DNA from: Camelus dromedarius
Taxonomy: Eukaryota
DNA length: 64,000 nt
Assembly: GCF_036321535.1 (NCBI RefSeq)
Contig: NC_087436.1
Location: 33,730,001 to 33,794,000 of the forward strand
Direction of reading: 5' to 3'
The position numbers and the translations under genes were made by a program. Below are positions 53,366-64,000 of this stretch, piece after piece (the first letter of the stretch is position 1; each line of letters begins with the position of its first letter). Below the pieces are notes generated by a model that worked only from the letters and a program-made list of their open reading frames with translations, did not search any database and had not been told where the DNA came from.

Positions 53366-53994
53366 ACCGAAACTACCATTTTTTTAAACAAAGAGGTTTT
53401 ACTTATTTATTTATTTGTTTGTTTGTTTTAAAATCTAAGTCTAGAGCATGTTCTCAGAGTGAGTTGGGTTTATGTTTTAGAACATCTAGGTCTGGCCTTA
53501 GCAGTACTCATGTGGCATTTGGTAATGGAGGGTACATTTCTTCCATCCTCCTAATCCATTAACTATCCATCCCCAACCAGGACAGTGGTTTTTTTCCCTG
53601 TTTCAAAGCTTGCACCCCCTAGTGGAACTTCAGGAGACTGATGTTTCAAATCTTAAAGATACTTCCAAGTCTCAGTTCATTTGCAGAGCCCAAATAACTA
53701 ATATAACCATCAAAATGATAAAAGTAAAAGTATATTTTATTTCACATTACCAATATCTGCCACTTATGTGCAATTTAAGTAAGGAGACAACACTTTTAAA
53801 CTTTTTGTATGGTGTCCAGCTCAGAAATGATTTAACCTTATGTTCTGTTTACTGTCTTTAACTGTGACTGCATTCCTTATTTGCTTATGTAATATTAAAC
53901 ATATACATTTTAAAAATGTGAGGATATTTTTGGCCACATCGTTTCTCTTCTTTATTTTTTATTAGGGCATACTTTCACATTTAAAAATAGGGAA

Positions 53995-54455
53995 AGGGTT
54001 CCAGGTGGCAGCATAGGGAGATCCTGAAGTCACCTCCTCCCATGGACACAACAAATCCACATCACAGGGTAAAAGGACAGCACTGAGATAAATAGGCGAG
54101 GCAGAGATATGGTCTCATCAAGGAAAAAAAATCACACCCAAGCTATGGTGACCCACAATTGGGAGCGGTCACAAAGGTATGAAACTTTTCCCTGAGAAGC
54201 AAGGAATCTGAACTCCACACCAGGCACCCCAACCCTTAGATCCTGAGCTCCCCAAACACCTGGCTTTGAAAACCAACAGAGGCTACATCCCCAAAACCAC
54301 AGAACTGCAGGGAATGGAAAACCAACCGACTTTTACTTAAAGAGCTCACACACAGACTCACCAGCACAAAAACACTAGACTGGAAAGCACATGGGCCGCT
54401 GGTGAAGGGGACCCACCTACTGACACTGAAACATCTGCTGGAGAGGCAGAAGTTG
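53995..54455 (+). mobile_element. Isolated L1 5'UTR fragment
   Basis: ttccaggtggcagcatagggagatcctgaagtcacctcctcccatggacac; loosely similar to the UTR at 42271-42700 (ctggctttgaa vs ctggttttgaa). Confidence 0.75.
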
Positions 54456-54464
54456 GATGGTCAG

Positions 54465-54659
54465 TCAAAGACTGTCAGCAAGCTCCAGACCCTGGGAGAG
54501 GCACATAGGACGTCCTCCCTTACAGCTCTCAGGAAGAACCAACACTTTCAGCCCCTTGATCTTAGGCTGCTAGCCTCTAGAATTGTGAGATAATAAACTT
54601 CTGTTGTTTAAACCACTTAATTTGTGGTGCTTTGTTATGGAAGCTTTAGCAAACTAACA
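54465..54659 (+). mobile_element. MLT1B/C-like LTR 3' half
   Basis: gcctctagaattgtgagataataaacttctgttgtttaaacc...agcaaactaaca. Confidence 0.8.
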
Positions 54660-56394
54660 AAACTAGTATGAAACACAAGAATTACAGTATTGCCATTCAA
54701 AGCTGCATGCTTCTGCCTTTCCCCTATCATTAATACCAGTTTCACATAGCTGCCACTTCCTCATAGCTCTCTTTTCCAAATTAAAGCCTCTTGCAGGGGC
54801 ACCTTATTGGAGAATCTTGGGTCATGAGCCTGTGCATGTATGAGAGACTGCAAGAGATACATTTCACTTCTCGGAGTGAATTACTCAAAGTATATAAATG
54901 TGGGAAGATCATTCAAAATGTGTCAAGGATCCATAAATGTAAACAGTCAACATAATAAATATACACATAGGTATGAATATAACTTTGTTTTTTCATGACT
55001 TAATTTCTTCTCTAATCTATTTTCTTCAAAGACACAGAATCATTATCTTAGTAGTTCAGGGTTTACTTCCTTCTCTTTCGGATCGCTACAATTTTTAGGG
55101 ATTTATGTGTTACATTGTCAAATTTGGAAGGAATAGAAGACTATTACACATTAATCTGTGTCCAGATCGGGTCTCTCTGTTGCTATGCCCATCTAATTTT
55201 CCTAAACGAAAGGTTAAAAAGTCCTTTGGTTCTCTGTGACTTAACCTTGCAGCTTAGAAAAACAAAACAAACAAACAAACAAACAAACAAAAACACTCTA
55301 CTGTTTTGCATCCTGTACCTGTATTAGGCTTGTTTCATTGATGCCATACACAATACTTTTACTCTATTCATCTACTGGGGACAGGGATTCATCAAGCCCT
55401 CATTCAGTCCTAACTGTCCTCACATGTACAGACCTATCTTGGGTTTCTTCCCTTGCCCCATCCTTCCACCCTCACATCAGAATCATGCTCTGTAGGGCAG
55501 GAAGCAAAATGGTCACATGTCAACATCTAACCATCTTGTTTCCATCAGTCTTTTTTATTTCCTCTCCGTGGCCAGAGGCTATGAAAATAGCCTCTAACTG
55601 GTTATCTACTCTTTAATTTTTTTTTTTTTCAGAATGAACTTCATACTGTTTCCTTCGAGATTAGTCTTTGGAAACACAGAAGTTAAGAACTTGATCTAAT
55701 TCTTTGCTTTTCTGCTATAACACACCTTATCTGAAGTACTGAACTTAACCCAAATGTAGAAGTATTGGTGCTTAGAAAATAGTACAAGATTTTGAGGGGC
55801 AGAGGAGGACCACTTCTCACTCACTCCTGATGTTTTCTTCCATGTGGAGCAAAATCCACTGGTGTGAAACCCTTGATCTCATCGTCCCTCTTGGTCAGTC
55901 CCATTTAACTAAATTAGAGGTTTGGCATAATAAATTTGGAAGAATAGACTGACAAGGTTTGGCTCAATTCTTTCTTTCTTGGGAGAAAAATCTGCTTGCT
56001 GAGAATATACACTCTTTTTCTGATTTCAACATGAAGCAAAGGGTTTGCTTTCAGAAGAGAGGTCTGGGATCATTCAGCAGAGTCTGCTATTGGATGGGTG
56101 CATTTGTCGAAGTCTGTGGTTCATTACAAATAGTGTAAACATATGTCTCGGTTTGTCTGGATGTTCTCAATTTATGCTCAATGTAATTAATAACATTGCT
56201 CCTTTTCTCTTTCCTGGTTGAGATACTAAACAATGTAGTTACCTTAATTATAAGGAAGTCTGCTCTCCCAGAGATAAAGGCACACCCTCTAGCATTACAC
56301 TTATCTTTTATTTAGGAATAAAGACGATGTCTCGATCTCCCATTTCACTCTTTTGTATTAATTCTCCACTGATACAGAACTCAAGGAAAGAGAG

Positions 56395-56436
56395 TGTTTG
56401 TTTGTTTGTTTGTTTATTCATTCATTCATTCATTCA
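56395..56436 (+). repeat. Compound (TTTG)n(TTCA)n repeat
   Basis: Seen directly. Confidence 0.85.
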
Positions 56437-58733
56437 ATTACTTTTCTTCCTTGATCTCAAACTGAATTAGCAGAGAATAACCACAAGGAGAAAGTTACAG
56501 TTATTGCTGTTTGAGCATTCAGAAGAAAAATCCATTATTTTAGGGTCAAAAAAGTCTTAATTGATTTTGTGGGTTGTAGTTGTTTTCTTTACTTGAAGTA
56601 TAACCACTTTTCTACTGATTCTCTGTGATGCTCATTACTGATTATAATTGTTTTGAAAGAGAAGCTCCATTTGTAGAACTTTATTAAGCTTATTTAATTA
56701 AGGTTATATTCATTAGAAAATTAAAGTTAAATGTCTTTTTGTGTAAACACCACAGCATTATTTCTTACAGAAATTCTAGCACTTCTGAAATAAAAAAGGA
56801 ATCAATGTATTTTGAAGAAAAATTTTTCCAGCAGAATTCTTACCTCTCAAATGGTAACTTTATCAACATTTACTTTACCTCGAATAGGAATTAATTATAA
56901 TGGGAAAAGGCAATTAGAATTGTAACTAATACTTTGTAAACGCCAAAGTATAGATGCTCGTCTACTTGTGTATTTACTAAACTCCATGTGCTGTTTTAGG
57001 TGATGTGGCCTGTCAGTTAAATAAACATAGAAGGCCCAACCCTCCTGCATGTTGTGTTTGAGTTTTAGGGGCTTATAGAGACAGGATCCAAATGGCCAAA
57101 TGTTTTGACAGTCTTGTGTCTGCCGTTTTTCCAATCATTTCAGAAACACAGCATAACAGTCATAGTAAAAATACATATTTATAAGTGACAACTTAAGGTG
57201 TCATGCCCATTTTGGTTAAGTATAGGTGGAGTAAGTCATGAATTTGTATAATTATATGAAAGTGGTATAATAACTAAAAGTTATGCAAGATTTCCTGAAA
57301 ATGCGACATGTGTGTCAGTAAAGTAAAACCTCTAGACTCTCAAACTTGGGAAAACAGGGTCTAATATCTAAACGATAAAATAATAGGTGAAAAGAAAAAT
57401 AGTTTTGACATTTTACTTGGCATACTGTATACAAACAACAAAATAGTGGAGTAAATCCTTCAGAGAATTTTGCATTGAACTCTGCTTTGCTACTCCCTGG
57501 TACAATAGTGAAGTCGACTTTTAGTATATTATTATTGCCTTTTGTTTAAAAAAAAAAAAAGGAATTTCATTATGTTGAAACTGAGTAACAAGGCACCAAA
57601 TAATGGCCAAACACTTTTCAGTTAGCAATGACTAATCACTATATGTGTGAAAATTATTTTCCACATAACCAACTTCTGGGAGAGAAAAGAGGCCAAAATA
57701 TAAAATGATTCCCAAACATTAAAAAAAGAAATCAAAAGATATTTTCTTCCCAAAAAACCCTGTTTAGTGAAGTTTTTCCATCAAATGCTTTGCCTGACAT
57801 TAAATCTCAGAACAAATGATAGTCCAGGGGAATTCATTCATATTTTCTTCCAAAGAGAAAATAGTTTTCATGTCTAAAAACATTTATTCCCTTACCATGA
57901 CTGTATTTACTCTAAAGAAGGCTCACCAAATGATGGAGTGCTTACCTTCCCACTCTTAAGGATACGAGTGATTTTTCAGTTGGTACTGTATATGTAGGAA
58001 ACAATCCAAAAGAGCTAATTTTGAAATTTTCATCTCTTTTCTGTGTTGTGAAAACCAGCCCACAGTTGTCATTTGTTGTGGTGGAATGTAATATATGACC
58101 TTGCATGGCAGTAGATCTAATAAATCTATTTCTCATGGAAAAAGAAAAGTGATCTGGGGAAAAACTCTTCATTATTAACAATAATTTAAATCATAGATTT
58201 TCAAATCCTACCCACACATTCTTTGAATTCCATGTTTCACCTTCACTAATTCACTTACCGTATTTCATAAGATAATTTTTTGAAAGAATAATTTAGTGGA
58301 TATTAAAATTGCTACACTGATAATTCCTAGAAATCAATAACATATTAACAGATAGAAAAACAGCAATAACAGGGTGCTATATATATGATGATAACAGAAC
58401 TTCTGACCTATTATTACATATTGCTGATATGAATGATAGGTGTTTGAAATATATTTGTTCTTAAATAATAATAATCTTAAAGATTAGCTTCTATTCATGA
58501 AAGAGTTTACCTGGGGAAATATTTAAGCTAGCACTTCAATTAGCATTGTCTCTTCAAAGCATATCTTGAAAGCTACTCTTCTTAATAGTCCAAAATTTCC
58601 CAGTTTTATGCACACTCAGAATGAAACCTTACAGATTTTATTAACTAAAAAATCTAGGCATGTGCACATGCATACACATACATTCCACAATCCAAATATG
58701 ACATATGAAAACTATCCATATGTTATCCATAGC

Positions 58734-58850
58734 TGTCAAGAATTGTGAAGGTCTAAGATTTTATGTTATTTACAAGTAAACAAGTTAGGCTGGTAGAGTT
58801 CCATGGATGTTGGTAGAAGACACAAGACTTTTGGGTCAGAGACAAAAGAA
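58734..58850 (-). mobile_element. ERVL-class LTR fragment (U5 end of putative 3' LTR)
   Basis: tgtcaagaattgtgaaggtctaagatttta...aacaagtt is homologous to the sequence from 62248 onward. Confidence 0.7.
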
Positions 58851-58854
58851 AAAA

Positions 58855-61800
58855 CATGGAGTCCTTCACATATAGCCAGATATGATACTGAATATGTTAT
58901 ATGTCTGCCAAAATGACAAGTTCAGGCAGTAATGGTGACAATTTGAGTGGTGTAGCCTTGAGCAGCAGCTTACTTCTAGCTTGACGGACTACACAATGAC
59001 CCTCTACTCTGAGCATCTGCATAAGTGACCTAGATGGATTGATAAGCAGCCACTGGCAACAACCTGAGAGTCAGTAAAATACAACAGCGTTCATCGAAGG
59101 ACTGGCCAGAGCTATGAGAATGGCCTTGAATTCTGCCCACTAGGCAAAGTGACCTCATCTGCTTTTGGCTATACATAGCTGATTCTAAGGTTGAACAGCC
59201 TTACTAGCCTCACGGACAACAGCTAAGATTAATCACCACTAAATCTAGCCCAGGCACTTCAGGGAGACTTGGTGAACTGAAGACCCCAATGAACCTGCAG
59301 CTTTGCTCCAGGTGGCAGAGTAGAGGATTATTGATAATTTTTCACTTAATTCCAAGATATCACTGGGGCTAGGCAGGTTGTATTTCTGAAAATGCCATTT
59401 CCAATGGCCAATGGCAAGATTTCTTTTTTTTATGGATGAATGTGTGTGCGTGTTACACAAACACACACACACACACACACACACACCCTACTTTACCCAA
59501 TCATCTACTGATGGTTACTTTCATATCTTGGATATCGTAAATAATGCTGCAATAAACTTTAGGGTACATACATTTTCAAATTAGTGTTTTCATTAATTAG
59601 TGTTTCCAGTAAGACCTTTGGGTTCTTTCTACCTTGTTAGTTATTGAATACAAGTTGCTATTTTCCATCATGGGAATAACAGGTTAAGAGAGTCACAAAG
59701 CCCCCTTGATCAGGCATTCAGTTTTGACAAGTTTCTAGTACAATCTAATAGCAGCTTTCAAAGCAAGTATACTTGAGAGCCATGTTAGGGAGGCAATAAA
59801 TCCAAAACCCTAGAGAGTGCCTCTTGGAGTAAGCTCCTTCCTTTTGCTCGAGACTTCTCTGAGCAAGACTATCAGTCAGAGGCTTGTAGTCCAAAAAAGG
59901 TCACTTATGTTGGGGCACCACGAATACAAAGAGCATATCACAACTAGATGGACAGGTTCCGAACAGCATATTAGTTTGAAAAGATGCTTCTTGGTGGATC
60001 AACCAATATAAAAGATCAAGAAGGATGCATTAATGAGGCACGCTTTGTCTCCAGTACCCCAAAACTCCAATAAAGTAGTGGGCCTTATTTTTGCTATTCA
60101 GAAAGTTGTCCAAAAACATAACTTGTTTTTCCTGACTGCCAGCAGAGTGAAGCATTATGAATGTGTCCATGTAGCCCCTAGAAACTTTACTTGGTGAACA
60201 GCCATCTGGATTATGTAAGTGTTTATCTGTCATTCCTGCTGGCAATGGTGTGATTACATCATTCTCAGGACCACTGAAGCTCTGATTTGCCAAGGCAGTT
60301 CCTAAGATGACTGAGGGAACATCAAATAAAGAGTTAAAGCTTTATACATCAAGTGTAGAGCAGTCACACCAAATTCTGACCTACCAGCTGGTAGTAAATG
60401 GCAGATGATTTTGTCCCATTAATAGTTTTCCAATGTTGGACATTGTCAGTCAGGGAAATCCTGCATGGTACTTATGTGATGGAGAAATACAAGCATATAG
60501 CACATCAGTTCCTATAATATATTCAGATATAAATGCAGTAAGAGTACACTGAATTAGCCCAATAGAAGCTTGTAAGTCCCACCTATAAGATCATGTTTAT
60601 CTCGCTTTCCCACTAGGAATCCTCCCCAATCCCCATGGACTAAAATCATGCATCTATCCCCTACCACACCCCACCCCACCCCATGGGTGCCTACTGGAAA
60701 GAGCCTTGCAAGTGGGAATTATTCACATCCCCTGAGGTCTTTAGCATACACCATGCAAGTGCAAAATCTGCCCTCTCCCTTGTAGAGAGGGAGAACTTGC
60801 AGTCACAGCTAATCCTCTTTTACCTTGAAGTAACTGAGGTCATGTTGGATGAGGAGTGAGAGATACCAGGCATGGAGGAAGTGAGTGGCTTTAACTGTAA
60901 GCCAGATGAATAATATGTCTGATGAATATATTTTGTTTTTTGAGCACAGAAGTCGCTTCTGACAACTCAATTAAAGTTACTTCCAATGCCTCTGGTCCAC
61001 CCAATGTCCTATATTAGGTGATGAGGTAATTAGTCCCTACACCATCTATTTCAGTTTTGGGGATTTCTTGATGTAACAGGTATGGCCACATTCCTTTCCT
61101 ATGGGAACCATAGGCCTTGAACTCACTGGCTGGCTAACTCAGCCGTCATTATGTCACATGGCAACATTTTATAAAGGAGTCCATCTTTACCAATGGTATA
61201 AACCACCCCACTGTCATGATAATAACTCTTAAATCTATATTGAGTTTCATCTCAATGGGTAAGAGAATTCTTTTATGCTCAGGGAAATTCCACAGAGAGG
61301 GCAAAAGCTCCCTTAAATGAGCTGAAACTCACTGCAGTAAAACTTTGAGATCTTTTATCGATATCTTCAAATCTATCTAAAGTTGGCATAGTAAACTCCA
61401 GAAGGAGCTAAGATGAAGATCTAAGATAGCCCAGCTGTTGCCATCTTCCTTAACAAGCATTACAGAACACATTTCATCTTCCAAGAGAACCAAAGAACTC
61501 ACAATTGGTTGGGTTTCTGCCCATAGCACTAGTGAATTTTCCTCCCTTCTCACTCAGCATAGGAGTTTATCTCTTTATTGTCTGAAAGTGAGAGAAACCT
61601 GGCCAGCTCGATGAATCTCAGCATTTGTTGTTGCAACGGGGTGATCGTCAAGGAATCCTCCTGCCTGAAGTGTATTTAGCGACAATATATTATTCAGCAA
61701 AGTATCTCTGAAACTATTTTCCAGTACTCATCCTATAATAACTCAATTCTTCCTCAGTAACAGGCAAAAGAGTAGAGGATTATTTATTGCCCATTTAGCC

Positions 61801-61930
61801 TTATGGTATGGTCAAAACATTTTCTATTTATTCTGATGGTGTTCCTACATATCTTGTTAACTGTTCCATAACAATCTTATCCTTCCTTTCCAGAAAGCTA
61901 TCAGCATCCCATCCTCATTGCCATCACTAT
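58855..61930 (-). pseudogene. ERVL internal region, decayed gag-pro-pol
   Basis: Minus strand EYIIGTDVL (protease C-terminal motif, ~60500-60530), FIGVLGYWRQSVPH (ERVL RT thumb, ORF 60030-60293) and LGFW..LP....Y..FE (~59750-59815). Confidence 0.8.
59408..59595 (-). mobile_element. Tail-less L1 3'UTR fragment with (CA)n, inside ERVL
   Basis: caatggcaagatttctttt...catatcttggatatcgtaaataatgctgcaataaac...caaattagtgttttcatt. Confidence 0.8.
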
Positions 61931-61931
61931 T

Positions 61932-62247
61932 GTTATCAACTGGATGCGTCCCTGCAAAATTCATGTGTTGAAATATGAATCCCATTGTGACAGTACTAGG
62001 AGTTGGGCCTTTGGGAAGTAACTAGGTCACTGTTTTCATGAAAGAGATATCAGAGAGTTACCTCACTCTTTATACCATGTAAGGACACAGCAAGAAGATG
62101 GCCATCTATGAACCAAGTAGGCCCTCACCAGACAAAGGATCTGCTGGTCCCTTGATCCTGGACTCTCCAAGCTTTAGAACTATGAAAAATAAATGTCTGT
62201 TGTTTAAAACTTCCAGTTTATGTTACTTTTGTTATAGTAGCACAAAC
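61932..62247 (+). mobile_element. MLT1A-like MaLR LTR
   Basis: caaaattcatgtgttgaaat...aggacacagcaagaagatggccatctatgaacc...aaataaatgtctgttgtttaa. Confidence 0.85.
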
Positions 62248-62665
62248 TGTCAAGTATGGTGAAGGGTCTGCCATATTACCCTACTTGCAAGCTAACAAGT
62301 TTATGAATGCTTTCTGAAGATCTCGGATTCCTGGTTCAGAGCATAATAAGTAACATAAGCACCTACAAATTTTTGAATTTTCATCAGTTTCCTGATGAAA
62401 GGTCCCATGGGATAGTTCAGAAGAACCCAGATGGATGCATGCGCATGCAATGGGTTGCATTAAAGGAGAGGAATCTTGAGCTAAGAGAACACTAATATTT
62501 ATAATGGGCAGTAAGCTTACTCTTTGATCTGGAAGGAGACATTATTAAAGGCTGTTCCTTTTACAAATATCCTTGCAAAGATAATCCAAAACAAAATGCT
62601 GTTAATGCTTCTTCTCATAAGTTGTGCAGAAATGAGAAGGCTCCATGAAGAAATGTTTCCCAATT
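62248..62665 (-). mobile_element. ERVL-class LTR (putative 5' LTR)
   Basis: tgtcaag...ttaccctacttgcaagctaacaagtt ... ctccatgaagaaatgtttcccaa. Confidence 0.7.
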
Positions 62666-62979
62666 ATGGTAGCTGGGTTTCTGATGGGGCTAGCTTTCAT
62701 AATTATGGGATTCATACTCGGCAGTTTATCATGCCAGAGCACTCTTAGTACCTCATTTGTGTGTTCTGCTCCTTTAATTATGTGAATTAAGTCCTCACAA
62801 GAAGCACATTTCTATAAACAGTAAGATAAGACTTGAAAGTGACTGTTTTTTCCTTAGGACACTACATTCAAACAAGTTGACCTAGAAAGAAAATGCTTAA
62901 GATGAGTGTAAACAAATGTGTTATAGTATCTTCTTAGGCTCTCTTTTAAAAATGTGTCTTCACTTTCTCTTAATATCCA

Positions 62980-63240
62980 AATCTTTCATAAATCTGCCTA
63001 CTTTATTGGCATGCCGGTCATTGCCTTCTCTGCATGTATTATGCTTATTTTACCCTTGGCCTTATATAAACATATCTCCTTCAATTGTTTATTTATTATT
63101 CTCTAGTTTAGAACCAGTTAGGAAAGAGACTTTATCTTCTTCATGGTCTTGTTTTGATAATGATGGTAGGTAATAAGTTCAGTTCTGGGCCTTGGTAGGT
63201 GCTTAATACATGTTATTTTATTTCAGTTCACTTAAATATA
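62980..63240 (+). mobile_element. L2 3' remnant
   Basis: gaccagtt/agactttatcttc...cttggtaggtgcttaatacatgtt pattern resembles a diverged L2 3' end. Confidence 0.4.
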
Positions 63241-64000
63241 GCCTATAGCCGCCTGGTGAACGTGAGAAGTAAATGGTTTAATGGGCTTATTTATAAAGTT
63301 ATTTAACATTATCTTGTTTTCTTTCATTTCTCTTGAGATTGTGTGTTTGTGTTTGTGTGTGCTTGTATACTCTGTCAGTAATTTCTTCCATGACATCAAA
63401 CTAAACTGAATGAGAAAAAAATATTAAAGAATACGTGCTTTAAATATATCATTCTCATATTCAGTTTCTTAGCATCTATGATTATAATGAAGAAAGCACT
63501 TCCTTATTGTTCACAGATGCTAAACTTGGATTTTCATATTTACATTTGGCTACACAGTATCTTCTGAGAAAATACTGTGAAATGAAAAGTGAGAAAAATC
63601 TTCCTGTTTTGAATATTTTTCTAATATAATAAAGTGTTTTGAATAATCCTAATTACCATGAATCACTTTGGTTAACATCTTCCATACTGATACATCCCAA
63701 TTCAGCCTTGGGATTTTAAAAAAAGGGTGACAGTATTTAAACATTTAAATTATATTATGCTGAGTCCCCACCCTGCTTGCTGGAAAAACTACTTCTTCAC
63801 TCCACAGTATCATCTCTAGTGATAAATTCAAGATTCCTGGTGATAATTACATGGCCCAAGGGTTCAGTTATGACTATTATTTTTGGTAGTAGGTAAGATT
63901 ATAAGTATTGTTTAGGTAGACGGATGTTTTCCATTTATCCTTCATCCAAATACTTGAGGAACTAATGTGACATTGTGTAACAGACACAGAGTCTAAGAGT

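Noticed and set aside
1..64000. CRISPR arrays, operons or other prokaryotic systems
   Set aside because: The sequence is mammalian (L1, MIR, MaLR), with no regularly spaced repeats or gene-dense segments.

Overview
AT-rich mammalian intergenic or intronic DNA. It is probably from a camelid, judged from a tRNA-Ala-derived Vic-1-like SINE and the style of the young L1 3' ends. I recognise no host protein-coding exon; the only clearly protein-derived sequences are a decayed L1 ORF1, an inverted L1 ORF2 fragment and ERVL pro/pol remnants. A large part of the window is interspersed repeats: L1 of several ages, L2, MIR, MaLR/MLT1, ERV1 and ERVL LTRs and internal regions, and MER5. Repeat family names come from memory of consensus sequences, not from a search, and repeat boundaries are approximate unless a TSD or TG..CA end is given. 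The main unexplained structure is a ~430-bp inverted duplication of apparently unique DNA (29478-29910 vs 32833-33262). It has asymmetric CpG loss and abuts a CpG-retaining, enhancer-like block. Also notable are a young CpG-rich LTR with a tRNA-Arg PBS but no partner LTR, a rearranged L1 composite, and a promoter-like block at the window start. I found no convincing new biological system.
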